A stretch of DNA of 64,000 nt from Amoebidium appalachense (Eukaryota; Protista; Ichthyosporea): assembly GCA_963693365.1 (NCBI GenBank), contig CAVNZM010000016.1:92841-156840 (forward strand), read 5' to 3'. Under the pieces are notes generated by a model that saw nothing but the letters and a program-made list of their open reading frames with translations, was not told where the DNA came from and searched no databases. Below, in pieces: positions 1 to 13,720 of the stretch. The position numbers were made by a program, and so were the translations under genes. Each line of letters starts with the position of its first letter. Position 1 is the first letter of the stretch.

Positions 1-2515
1 TATTTGTGCCCAGGGGAGAAGGGGAGAGAGAGGGGAGGAAAGAGGGGAGAGGTGAGGAGGGGACAGGTCGGATAGAGAAGAGAGGGTGGGAGGGCAAATA
101 CTTCTTTAAGCGGCTTATGTGCTTATTGAATTTCAGCGCGAGATAGGATACTCTAGCAGCTATTGGGACCAGACCATATATCGAGAGCGTTACAGGCCCA
201 GGTTTACAACAGTTGTTAGATAGAAAGGAGGCAACTTCTGCTTCAAGGAAATTTGCCAGGGGTTTAAGCGCTCTAGTTCTCTCTTTCTTGATCCAAGCGG
301 CGAGAAGGGGTAAACGGTTTAAAACCATATTCACATGCCGGGAAGACAAAAGTGCGAATAAATGTAAGTCTAATAGAAGGATGGAGGGGTGTGTCTTTAA
401 AAATATTAGCCGAGAAGAAAGCTAACCGCTTACGAGCCAACTCTACCCTCTTTTCGACCATATGGGGAAACATAACACCAACAGAATCAACCGGAACACC
501 AAGATATTTGTATTCTGGAACTATAGGTACAGGTTTAGATGATAATGTAAATGTGTGTAAATTGTTAGCTATATCAGGTACAAGAACACCACATTTGTCT
601 ATGTTAAGGATCATAAGGTTTGCCTTGCACCACTCTGACACTACATCGAACAATCTTTGCAGGCGTCTAGGGGTACGGGCAAGGAGGGACAGATCATCAG
701 CATAGAGAAGTGCAGGCGGAAAGTTATTAATAGGGTCATCGTTTTCGGCGTAAATCTTGACAGCCAAATCATCTATAAATAGGTTAAACAAAAAGGGGCT
801 AAGCAATGAACCCTGCAAGAGACCTCTAGTACGAGCAAAACCATATGAAAGATGCCCATTAACCACAGCTCTACCATAGGTTTGAGACAAGAGTGCTTCT
901 AACAGAACACCAATGCAGTGTGGTACACCCCGTGCAGCAAGCTTTTCCCATAGGAGACCAGGGGAGACAGAATCGTAAGCAGTTTTCCAATCAATAAAGC
1001 CAACATATTGTGCACCAACTTGCATAGAATCGTGCAGTGCCATTATTTGAACATAACATGAATTGTTTTTACGAAAAGCGGATTGGCATGGGTGTATGTG
1101 AAGAATAGATTGAAACCTAGGGTGATGTGCAAATAACCTAAGTAAGCAAGCTTCAAAGAATCTACGAACAACCTGGGTTAGTGTAATGGGGCGAAAGGAT
1201 GATATGGGGCCCTCAGAGTCCTTCTTAACTATGGGGATCACTAAGGTATCTAACCAAGATGACGGGACATGTCCACATTTAACACACCAAGAAAAGAGAG
1301 AGCTTAACATGATAGTAAGATCAGGTTTAATAGCACGATCACTTTCCTTTTGTGGGTAGGAGGGAACAAGGATTTTAAGAAACCCAGCAGGGAGTCCATC
1401 AGGTCCACAAGACTTACTAGAGCTATAACTAGATATCACAGACCATATGGCATCGGGACTGAAAAAGGGGAGGATCGATTCTATGGGGATAGATGGGTCT
1501 ACAGGCCACACAATAGGTTTCTGAGCGGGGGTCCTATCTTTAAACAGTTCCGAGAAATACTTATCAGAGTCTATGAGGGGGTCTCCAGTGGTATCACCAA
1601 TAATACGAGCAGGGGGGCCAAATCGATTCATACTAGCAAGCCGGCGCAAGCTTTCCTTTTGAGACAGGGGTTCACCTAGTCTAGCGGGAGTGGTGTTTGG
1701 TAACAAGAGAGCATCGGGATATTCCTTCCTACCACCGCCAGCATAATCACCGAGATCTATCAAATCATCAACAATAAAGTTAGTGCATGTATCTAGTACG
1801 AGATGTGAATCTGGCCTGGCTTGTGCAGATTCTAATAGGCGCATATATATAGGGTGTTTCGTAGCATAGCATACACATACATCAACTCTACCCCACTGTG
1901 ACTTAAGCTGGGATAGACGGAGGCGAAAGGTGGGAGGGGGGAGGGGGGAGCAGATCAAGGGAGATCTTAGGTAGGAAAAGGATAGGAGAGTGGTCAGATG
2001 ACCTAGAGAGCTTAGGAGGGAGAGAGAGTTTTGACATGGTTGATGGCCAAAAGGCCACTCCCCAGTCGGTGTTGTGGGCATGGGATATTTGAGGGAACCG
2101 CAAAGTGTGACTTTGGACATACCTTGCTAAAGGGATAGCACGCTCCGGGGGCTTAGATGGGTACCCGACACTCACTTGCAGTGTGTCTGTGTGGTGGAGT
2201 CGCGTGTTAAAATCACCTAAAATAACAGTGGACATTGGTAACTGTGACAACTCGTGAGTCAATTCGACAACCGACATAGATGGTGGGTAATATACAAAAG
2301 TAAAAACATTAGAAAGAAACTCTATAGAAACCGAGAATTCCGTTTTTGCTACCGGTTTGCACTTCACTCTCACGTGTGGTGCGGCAAGTACAATAATGCC
2401 TCGGTTTTTCGCGTAACCGGGGTGTGTGGATGTGTCGACCAATGTAGAGTTGAATTTGTGGTGGTTTTTAAACTGTGTTTCGCAAATCACTGTAAACGTG
2501 TAGGTATCTGAATAT
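1..2515 (-). mobile_element. Non-LTR retrotransposon (LINE), 5'-truncated, APE endonuclease + reverse transcriptase, frameshifted; runs off the window edge
   Basis: ORF 1903-2490 has APE motifs (ICETQF, VYYPP, VILGDFN, SDHSPI). ORF 273-2120 has non-LTR RT motifs (GPDGLP, FRPITL, FIDWKTAYDSV, GLLQGSLLSPFLFNLFIDDL, LLYADD, YKYLGV). The frames switch in the G-run near 1930-1950. A second shift near 300 is inferred because another open frame continues toward position 1. Confidence 0.92.
273..2490 (-). pseudogene. LINE ORF2 (APE-RT) split over two reading frames
   Basis: Overlapping ORFs 1903-2490 (endonuclease) and 273-2120 (RT, YADD). Confidence 0.88.
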
Positions 2516-3458
2516 ATAAATGATGTCTATATGGATATCTCTCTATCTATTCACCCCCCCCCCCCCCCCCCCCCCGGTTCCCCCACCCCCTTCCCCCCCC
2601 CCCCCCCCCCCCGTTGGGATGGTGACACATGTTCTATGACGGCTGCACACTAAAGGTTTTTCTTTAATTAATCATGCTCCCCAGGAGCATGTGACACAAA
2701 CGCTGTTATCCAACTTCCAAACTTCTACATTTTCTATCGTATCAACATGCGCATTTATAACTTCTACAAGAATAATTGCTTGTTTAGTTGATTACTAACC
2801 ATAATACAATGACAACTACTTAGTCTAGTACTCCAATCTTTGCTCGTCGCCTTATTCCCCGCAGACTCTCTTGTGGCACTGATTCTTGTTCCTCGCTGTG
2901 GCTGTGGCTGCTGACGTCCTCAGGGTCGTTACTGGGTGGTGGGTCAATCACATGGCACTCCGTCAACACGCATGTCCTCGAGCTGCTCCCGCGTGGGGGG
3001 GGTGGGGGGGGGGGGGGGGGGGGGGGGTTAGTACATGTCATTCCCTCCCCTCGTGCAATTTGTAATAGGATATGGTTGCTGGAAGCCTCGACGTAACCCT
3101 TTACAAGTATAACGACTACTAAGGGATACATTGAGAACCAAAATACATTATTGTGCATACACACCCGGGCCCACTCACACCTACATGTGCGCACATACAG
3201 AGAGATGGGGGGGAATGGAGAGGTGGGAGAACAGGAGTTTGGGGGGGGGGGGGGGGGGGGGGGGGGGATGGTGATCAACGACATATATACACAATGTTTA
3301 TACATATATATAGCACACACACACACACACTGATGCACACTACACCCACACACACAGAACACGATGCACCAAAGTAACCAAGTGAGTGGGAAGAGAGATC
3401 AGCAAACAGCAAATTAGTTTATGATAGAACTTAAGGCAAGGTGGATGGGAAGCTGTGT

Positions 3459-3495
<37 letters not shown>

Positions 3496-5005
3496 TTTCT
3501 TTTTTTTTTTTTGGGGGGGGGGGGGGTACCAGTGACGTGGAATTGTTATGTCGGAATGTCGAGGTTGGCAGTCATGTACCAGCACCGAACAATCTTGCGG
3601 TCAGCCATGTGCGCTGCTGCTGCTTGCTAGAAGACTCACCCGAGTGCACCATCTCCCACCTGCACGGGGAAAGTGAAGCGTGACCAGTGAGAAGGAGGAA
3701 AAGTGAGAGGCAGTTTGAAACAGGAAATAAGGGGAATAACCTTGTCCATTATGTTATAGCTGAAAAGTTTGTTTTTTTTTTGGGCGGGGGGGGGGGGGGG
3801 GGGGGGGGGGGACAAAACGCCCATGAGGTTTAACACGAAAACAATCAAAAGGACAGAATCTTACATTGTCATACCTACAGCAGCACTCTAAACTTTCGAT
3901 GCAAGCAAGTGGTTACCGACTAACCTCGTATGTGTCAGTGGGGTACGTTGCGTGCAACGTGTAGGAGTGGGCGCTAACAGACCTTATCACACAGGTAAAA
4001 AGTCAAACGTGCACATGTCATGATAGATGGGTGCCCCACTACACATGCTGGGCAATAAGGACGGCACACATTTGTTAAAACAATGAAACAAAGGAGGGCA
4101 TAACCTTCCAACAATGGTTGCCGAGAAGTTTTGTATGCACCAGCCCTTATGAACTAAGAGACTTGTAGAAACTGCCGAAAACATGGCTTGGCACACAATG
4201 ATGCAGAATGCGCGCTTTTTGCCCTGTGTTTACCTGCACAAAACTAAAAGTGCTGACAGGCTGACCTACAGAAGAGCTCAACCACTATACCATAAACGAT
4301 AAGTGCAAGGTCCCTTAGGGCTCTTTGTTGCAAGAACGTTTTCACAAAAAGCGGCATTGCCAAGAACCAACATCAAAAGGTGCCAGCCCAAGCTGGGCAT
4401 AACCCAGGCAGTAAAAACCTACCTCCTTGCTGCTCGGTTTAGAAGCTGTCATTCTAAAAGCAAGCGGCCGTTAGCCTCTGTCAGAGAGGATGGTGCCTCT
4501 GTCAGAGAGGATGGTGCCCTGCATGTGAAAGAGGAGAGCAAAGGTGAAAATAACTCTTGAAAGTATCATCCTGTTATGCAGATGTGAGCACAGAGGGCAC
4601 AAAAAAGCTGCAGTGTGACAGAAAGTAAAACTGCGACAGCATGCACCAGTTGCGGCAGGAAAGACCAAGAAGAAAGGAGGGCTACAGCAAGGAAGAAAAG
4701 CAAGAATAGAACGTTGCACAGAAGCCCAGTCCTTCAGCAAACAGGTAGACGCAACAGTCGCATAAGCATCTGTACTAACCTGCACAGCCTGTAGCTCTGA
4801 AAACATCGTCTAGTTAGCTTACAAGCCACGGGTGCAATTGAAAGGAGTTACAGCTCAGACTTCTTGAACAGCGGAAGTGCAAGTGAAAACTGACCTCCGA
4901 AGGGTGGGAAAAAAACTGTCATAACGGACAATCATTAATGATTGGAGAAGACCAATCAAGAAACAGGAGCATAATCGGTCCAAATTATCCATAATGTGAC
5001 TAATG

Positions 5006-5042
<37 letters not shown>

Positions 5043-5517
5043 GGGGAACCCCAACTAATTGATTTCTCCTTGTAGTCTTTATGGTGTCTCGTAGAGAAAG
5101 TAAACCCTGATATATAGTCACCACCCGACATCTATGTACGTGATCATGATATACCGCTGAGGGGATATTCCGAGCAAAACCCCCCCCCCATACCTGAGAC
5201 TGGTTCTCTTTGCCTCGAGTAAACAGCGTAAACCCCCCTAATGAATACCAATCACACACCCGAACAAAAATCGGTTCAATCTGATTATCATTAATCAGAT
5301 TACAAAACACCAATCACGCAGCAGGACAAGCATGGTGGTTCGAATCCGATGAGTAAAGCCGATAATCCCTCCATGCGTTCTACATACATCAAAGCTGTAA
5401 TATATTTATATTATAGAATATAGATATATAAACATATATAAATATATATCATAAATTATATTTATATATATTTATATATATGAATACACATATAATTTAA
5501 ATACATATATCATGATA

Positions 5518-5801
5518 TCTGTGCACACGGTGCGGCTGGCGGACGATGATCCGGATATCCCTGGTATTCGATATCAAGTATATATTGTTAGTGCGCGCAT
5601 GCATGCACTGTACCGTAAACGGTACGCCCGCACCGTGCAGCTGCAGTACATGCATATGCACTCAGGTTGTTCCCCCGGCCATGGCCAGCCCCCCCCCACC
5701 CCCCCCCCCCCCCTCCATTTTTATATTAATTAAAACAATGTGCACGTGCATGCTTCACCGACTGGCCGGCGCGCGCCATGGCATGTGTACGTATACGCTA
5801 G
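5518..5801 (+). mobile_element. Possible short non-autonomous Helitron-like element
   Basis: Starts A|TC (5517/5518) and ends CTAG|T (5798-5802). A decayed hairpin cgcgcgcc-at-ggcatgtg lies ~10 nt before CTAG, and there is an internal hairpin gtaccg-taaa-cggtac. Only one copy is seen. Confidence 0.35.
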
Positions 5802-5881
5802 TACTAATTAGCACTGTGCACATATATTATCATAAAGAAGCAAGGATATTCATTTACGTGCATACAGCACATCCATACATG

Positions 5882-5915
<34 letters not shown>

Positions 5916-6278
5916 TATGATGCACGTATGCGTTCCCGCACTGTCAACGACACACACACATCGTCGACATATGCATGCACGCGTACGTCTGCATATGATG
6001 CGCACGCGCGCACTTTAATACACACACAGAAATTAAAACCCACGCGCACCGTACACGCGTGGCACACTCACATACACGTGTGCACGGACGCACGCGCACC
6101 CCTTACCCCCCCCCCCCCCCTGGGGCTCCATCCCTCCAGCAGTGTCCACGCAATAAAAAGTGTGTAAACCCCCACCCCCCCCCCCCCCTCCCCCCCTCCC
6201 CCTCCCCCCCCCTCCCCCCCCCCCCCCCCCCCCAAACAAAGCAACACCTCCTCTCCCCTATCCCGACACACACACATA

Positions 6279-6484
6279 CCTGCAACATGAACGTACGGTT
6301 CTTGTTTGTCATACGATATGGTAGCTTGCAGTAATGCTTGTGTGCCCGTTCATAGCCCTCAGCTGTCTCTACAGAACCAAAAAGGCGGGTGTCGTCGCTG
6401 CAATGGTCCCCGGCATGGAATTTGCTTGACTTGAGGTCGTTCTCAGATGAACAATGAAAGCAGTCGTGCGCAGACTTGGCCATA
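6279..6484 (-). pseudogene. Inverted duplicate of a Plavaka/CACTA-like transposase exon
   Basis: Encodes MAKSAHDCFHCSSENDLKSSKFHAGDHCSDDTRLFGSVETAEGYERAHKHYCKLPYRMTNKNRTFMLQ and ends in a CAG|GTATGT donor. Its acceptor reads CAC where the + copy has CAG. Confidence 0.7.
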
Positions 6485-6817
6485 GTGCGGGGGGGGGGGG
6501 GGGGGGGAGGGGGGCGGGAGCCCCAGGGGGGGGGGAGGGGGGGTAAGGGGTTGGTGTCAACCGTGGCACTGGATATCCATTTGAGCATACTCTATACGGG
6601 TAATTGTTCCTAAAACCATATGCATTGTAGCTCTAATTGTACATTAGGATGATTGATCTCCTTTGTATATCCTAACGGTTATGTAGTGTATGTACGTTGG
6701 ACATGTAAGGATATTTATATAGATATCACGCGTGATCACCATTGGCCATCGAATCTATGTCCATTGGATTCTGTGTTCCTGCAGCTGGCAATGTGCGTGC
6801 CTCTCGCGCGCGCCCGC

Positions 6818-6903
<86 letters not shown>

Positions 6904-6905
6904 CT

Positions 6906-7018
<113 letters not shown>

Positions 7019-7060
7019 TGTGTGTTCTTCGTGTGTGTGTGTGTTCTTCGTGTGTGTGCC

Positions 7061-7098
<38 letters not shown>

Positions 7099-7171
7099 CT
7101 CGTGTTTGTGTGTGTGTGTGTGTGTGTGTGTCCCAGAATGTTTGTGTGTTTGTGTGTGTGTGTTTGTTGGT

Positions 7172-7211
<40 letters not shown>

Positions 7212-7293
7212 GGAAAAGGGGAAGGGTGAGGGGGGGGGGGGACCACCTTCATAATATCTCTGTACTCGTTCGCACACCCCCCCCCCCCCCCCC

Positions 7294-7365
<72 letters not shown>

Positions 7366-7367
7366 CT

Positions 7368-7488
<121 letters not shown>

Positions 7489-7563
7489 GAATGTTTGTGT
7501 GTGTGTGTATGTGTGTGTGTGTGTGTATGTGTGTGTGTGTATTCTTCGTGTGTGTGCCTTGTA

Positions 7564-7604
<41 letters not shown>

Positions 7605-7819
7605 CTCGTGTTTGTGTGTGTGTGTGTGTGTGTGTGTCCCAGAATGTTTGTATGTTTGTGTGTGTGTGTTTGTTGGTGGGGGGGGGGGGGGAGGGGGAGG
7701 GGGGGGGGGGGGGGGGAGGGAGGAAAAGGGGAAGGGTGAGGGGGGGGGGGGGGGACCACCTTCACAATATCTCTGTACTCGTTCGCACCCCCCCCCCCCC
7801 CCCCCCCCCCCCCCCAGTG

Positions 7820-7958
<139 letters not shown>

Positions 7959-8067
7959 TGGGTGGGTGGGTGGGCTGGTGTGGGTGTGACTGTGGGTGTG
8001 GGCCGTGTGTCGTCACACACGTCAGGGGGGTGTCACAGGGTTGTGCTTGTGTTACGGTTTGTATTTC

Positions 8068-8848
8068 CCCATCAAGCCCCCCTGCATTTCCACCCGGCGG
8101 GTGCGTTCTTCCTTATATATGCACTCATGTGGCTAGGTGCATTTTTGTTGCCACCCACGAACCAATGGCCTGGGAGCATCCATCTTTTGGGAATAGCAGC
8201 ATATAGGTACTAGGGAGGTGTGGGCCAAGTTACAGGGCTGCAACCAAAATACCAAAAAACAACCCCTACAATTACACCCGTAAATGTGTTTTTTTCCACA
8301 TGTGCAACATCAACTACTCAGGGCACCCCCAAATAATGAATATAACGTGTTCCACAAGCAAGTAGCAGTTGAAACTTGGTACAAAGTAGGAAATGGGTGC
8401 TAGGAACGTGTGCACCGAGTTTTAGCCGTACACCACAAAACCCCATCAAGCCCCCCCACTTTCCCACCCGGCGGGTACGCTTTTCCTATATGTGCCTTCA
8501 TATGGCTAGGTGCACTTTTGTTGCCACCCACGAACCAATGGCCTGGGAGCATCCATCTTTTGGGAATTGCAGCATATAGGTCACTAGGGAGGTGTGGGCC
8601 AAGTTACAGGGCTGCAGCCAAAATACCAAACCCCCCCCCCCTACGTTTACACCCGCGAATGTTATTTTTCCTACATGTGCAACATCAACTACTCAGGGCA
8701 CCACCAAATAATGAATAACACGTGTTCCACGTGCAAGTAGCAGTTGACACTTGGTATAAAGTAGCATATGGGTGCTAGGAACGTGTGCACCAATTTTTAG
8801 CCGTGCACCACAAAACCCCACCAAGCCCCCCCACTTTCCCACCCGGCG
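8068..8848 (+). repeat. Tandem direct repeat, ~376-bp unit x ~2.1, in the spacer of the inverted duplication
   Basis: ttcccacccggcgg recurs at ~8087, ~8461 and ~8836; ccacccacgaaccaatggcctgggagcatcc recurs at 8151 and 8525. Confidence 0.9.
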
Positions 8849-8952
8849 GTCCCCCCCCCCCCCCCCCCTCACCCTTCCCCTTTTCCTCCCCCCCCCCCCC
8901 CCCCCCCCGCCCACCAACAAACACGCACACACACACACACAAACATTCTGGG

Positions 8953-8983
<31 letters not shown>

Positions 8984-8986
8984 CGA

Positions 8987-9042
<56 letters not shown>

Positions 9043-9116
9043 GGCACACACACGAAGAACACACACACACACATACACACACACACACACACACACATGC
9101 ACACACACAAACATTC

Positions 9117-9152
<36 letters not shown>

Positions 9153-9183
9153 ACACACACACATACACACGCACACACGAGAG

Positions 9184-9325
<142 letters not shown>

Positions 9326-9959
9326 AGGCACACACATTGCCAGCTGCAGGAACACAGAATCAAGTGGACATAGATTCGATGGCCAATGGTGATCACGTGT
9401 GATATCTATATAAATATCCTTACATGTCCAACGTACATACACTACATAACCAACAGGATATACAAAGGAGATCAATCATCCTAATGTACAATTAGAGCTA
9501 CAATGCATATGGTTTTGGGAACAATTACCCGTATAGAGTATGCTCAAATGGATATCCAGTGCCACGGTTGACACCAAACCCCCCTCCCCCCCCCTCTTCC
9601 CCCCCCCCCCCGGCAGTATGGCCAAGTCTGCGTACGACTGCTTTCATTGTTCATCTGAGAACGACCTCAAGTCAAGCAAATTCCATGCCGGGGACCATTG
9701 CAGCGACGACACCCGCCTTTTTGGTCCTGTAGAGACAGTTGAGGGCTATGAACGGGCACACAAGCATTAATGCAAGCTATCATATCGTATGACAAACAAG
9801 AACCGTACGTTCATGTTGCAGGTATGTGTGTGTGTGTTTGTGTTTGTGTGTGTGTGTGTGTGTGCGCGCGCGCGCGCGCGCGCGTGTGTGTGTGTGCCTC
9901 GTGCTTGTGTGTGTGTGTGTGTGCCTCGTCACGGTGCTTGTGTGTGTATGTGTGTGTGT

Positions 9960-10018
<59 letters not shown>

Positions 10019-10022
10019 TGTG

Positions 10023-10055
<33 letters not shown>

Positions 10056-10097
10056 TGTGTGTGTGCCTCTTGTTTGTGTGTGTGTGTGTGTGCCTCG

Positions 10098-10144
<47 letters not shown>

Positions 10145-10289
10145 TGTGTGCCTCGTGCTTGTGTGTGTGTGTGTGTGTGCCTCGTCACGGTGCTTGTGTG
10201 TGTGTGCCTCGTGCTTGTGTGTGTGTGTGTGTGTGTGCCTCGTCACGGTGCTTGTGTGTGTATGTGTGTGTGTGTGTATGTGTGTGTGT

Positions 10290-10328
<39 letters not shown>

Positions 10329-10332
10329 TGTG

Positions 10333-10402
<70 letters not shown>

Positions 10403-10433
10403 AGAATGTGTGTGTGTGTTTGTGTGCCTCGTG

Positions 10434-10518
<85 letters not shown>

Positions 10519-10543
10519 AGAATGTGTGTATGTGTGTGTGTGC

Positions 10544-10625
<82 letters not shown>

Positions 10626-10778
10626 TGTGCCTCGTGCTTGTGTGTGTGTGTGTGTGTGTGCCTCGTCACGGTGCTTGTGTGTGTGTGCCTCGTGCTTGTG
10701 TGTGTGTGTGTGTGTGTGCCTCGTCACGGTGCTTGTGTGTGTGTGCCTCGTGCTTGTGTGTGTGTGTGTGTGTGTGCC

Positions 10779-11357
10779 TTTTTATTTTTTTATTTTATCC
10801 CGTTTCACTCCCGGCGAGGCACTGCCTCAGGGGAGCTTACCGTCTTCCGCCTAGACACAGATCGTACTGTATAGCACACTCATAAGTCAGGATTCTAATT
10901 GACCCCAACTGGCACTATTTTTAGTTACGCCTTATCCCACGGTTCTAGCCGCAGCAACGCTAGTGGGGAAATGAGCACAGCTCACTTTAACAACACCAGC
11001 CGGGAGCGACCCGGGACACATACACAAACATAAAGACTTGAAAGGGAAGACCCCATGCCCAGGACGCTGACCCGAACCGTGGCCGGTGACTCGGATTGGT
11101 CTCCCACTTGAACGTTGGGCCGGGATGCCCAAGCGGCGCGCCGTCGACGTCAGAGGGCCGGTGCTGTTCATGACGTCATGTCTTACGGCCGGGTGATAAC
11201 AAATTGGTGGTGCTGCTTTGACGTGGTCTGGGGTGATGGCTTCTACGGCCAGACCGGTGAACCGTCGAGGCAGAAAAAAATCGGAAGTAACCAGGATCGA
11301 TCCTGCGACTTTGAGCTTGACACGCAGAGATCTTACCATTGCACCAACCCGCCCCCC
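10779..11357 (-). mobile_element. Probable tRNA-derived SINE inserted in the (TG)n intron
   Basis: A ~575-bp unique block sits inside microsatellite, with a tRNA-like head at 11281-11354 and an A-rich tail on the minus strand (tttatttttttattttat on +). Both flanks read tgtgtgtgtgtgcct, a possible TSD in low-complexity sequence. Confidence 0.6.
11281..11354 (-). tRNA. Degenerate tRNA-like sequence (Asp-GTC-like), SINE head or pseudo-tRNA
   Basis: GGGCGGGTTGGTGCAATGGTAAGATCTCTGCGTGTCAAGCTCAAAGTCGCAGGATCGATCCTGGTTACTTCCGA has an A-box (TGGTGCAATGG), a B-box-like GGATCGATCC and a GTC loop, followed by T7. The stems pair poorly. Confidence 0.5.
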
Positions 11358-11480
11358 TGTGTGTGTGTGCCTCGTTACGGTGCTTGTGTGTGTGTGCCTC
11401 GTGCTTGTGTGTGTGTGTGTGTGTGTGCCTCGTCACGGTGCTTGTATGTGTGTGTGTGTGTGTGTGTGTGTGCCTCGTGC

Positions 11481-11576
<96 letters not shown>

Positions 11577-11609
11577 CTCGTGGTTGTGTGTGTGTGTGTG
11601 TGTGTGTGC

Positions 11610-11657
<48 letters not shown>

Positions 11658-11690
11658 CTCGTGGTTGTGTGTGTGTGTGTGTGTGTGTGC

Positions 11691-11738
<48 letters not shown>

Positions 11739-12136
11739 CACTGTGCTTGTGTGTGTGTGTGTGTGTGTGTGTGTGGTATGAATCCTTTTTAGTCCCCTCA
11801 GGCGTTGTGTGTATGTACTGTGTGTATAGGTCCCACATTCTTGCACACGTTCTGTTGCTTTCTGCTTTCTCAGGTAGCAACCAAGGTACGGCGTTGGGAT
11901 GCCCTGGATTTGCGTAGGACCATCATCATGGGTCTGGAGGAGGAGAGGGGGGCCAATTTAATTGTGGAAGACGAGGCCCCCGATGTTTCTTTGGAGGAGC
12001 TGTTGGAGGCGGTGGAGGGGGAGGATGTAGGGATCCCATTCCCTCAGACTGATGATGGAGAAGAAGACAACCTCAGGGACACCGAGGACGGCGTTATCAT
12101 GCAAGGTAACTTTTTTTTTATGTTACCCCCCCCCCC

Positions 12137-12207
<71 letters not shown>

Positions 12208-12299
12208 CTCGTGTGTGTGTGTGTTTGTGGGTGACACTGTGTGTGTGTGTGTGTGTGTGTGTGCCTCGTGTGTGTGTGTGTTTGTGGGTGACACTGTGT

Positions 12300-12395
<96 letters not shown>

Positions 12396-12814
12396 CTCAT
12401 GTGTGTGTGTGTTTGTCACTAAACTATATTTTTTCTTTTTTTTTTCCTTCCTCTTTTTATCTATTTCTTCCCCTTGATTTGTGGAACCGAGTATAACGTG
12501 GTTGTGTAACTTTGTGCCGTGGATAAGTATTACTTATGTGATAGATATAAGACCAGACATACATTATTTATCAATGGTGGACATTAGCCATCATATGGTT
12601 ATGCGATGGATCGGTAAAGATGCATAATGTTTATCCGGAAATGCCTTATTACATATCAAATACACCCTAATAGATATGCTACAGATATACAGTACCAAAA
12701 TTATGCAATTAATCCAGTGGATATACCCTAGAGATGTAGCTACAGATGTATCTGGCTATCTGTATGGGTATCAACCCAGATAGGCTGTTATAGTGATATT
12801 TTGAGTATTAGATA

Positions 12815-13151
12815 GGTTTTATTTGTGGAAATTATTGACATAAATATTTTTCTGGGTAAACACGTAGGATGGGTGTCCGATATCAACAGGCTTTGTTTCA
12901 TGTTTTAGCAGTTCGCGTTCGGCTGCCCGCATACGGGCACCTATTAGCCGATCAAAACATCAGATTCCACAGATCACTAGACCGAGTCTGATTGGCTCAG
13001 GATAAGATTTCACATAACACTAGATCGGTTTTGATTGGCTCAGTTCGGTAGCCGTAGGTATATAAGCACGACAGTTTTTACTGTAGTAGCAGATCAGCAG
13101 GCAACAACACATCTTCTGTGTTTAGCACCTACAGCTTTACAGCTATATTTT
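12815..13151 (+). mobile_element. Solo 'A' terminal repeat of the Ngaro element (element-1 subfamily)
   Basis: Matches 14677-15005 apart from an 8-bp insertion near 13081. Confidence 0.92.
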
Positions 13152-13199
13152 AGATACGGGTGTAAATGGATATCCCAAAACATGTATGTTTGTTAAGTG

Positions 13200-13720
13200 T
13201 TAGGCATTAGGTTGGGCATCTACTGTGATATGTTTGTTTTTCATGCATTACGTATCAACATAGGTGCCGAGTGCATATGTAGGTGTATATGTATCCGCAT
13301 ATCATGTTGGATATTAACCTTAGATATTGTGAATGGTGATGCATTGTATATGAATATCGACATATATTGGATGGGTAAGCAGGGGTGCATATGGATAGCC
13401 GTTGGGGATCGGTATGGGGGTCTATTGTGATATGTATTTTCGTCATGCATTGGATATTAGTATTAGGGTCTAGTGGATGGGCAAATGCAGGTGTATCAAG
13501 ATATCTGTATGGATGTTAAGCCTAGATAACCAGTATAGCTATCCATTGTGTCTTAGTATGATTGTCTATTGGACATCAGCGTGCGGGTGTATATGGATAA
13601 CCGTCAGAGCCATATTTGGTGATCTAATTGGATATGTAGAATCGTCATGCTTTGGTTATTATAGGAGGGTCTAGTGGACAAGCAAATGCGTATGTATCTG
13701 GATATCGGAATGGATATCCA
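13200..13720 (+). repeat. Degenerate ~201-bp tandem repeat in a GGATATCC/TGGATAT-rich tract (12500-14450)
   Basis: tcta(c/t)tgtgatatg-like at 13220, 13421 and 13623; agggtctagtgga at 13465 and 13666; cgtcatgc at 13441 and 13643. Confidence 0.7.

Noticed and set aside
11281-11354. Functional tRNA gene
   Set aside because: The acceptor and anticodon stems pair poorly, so it is treated as a pseudo-tRNA or SINE head.
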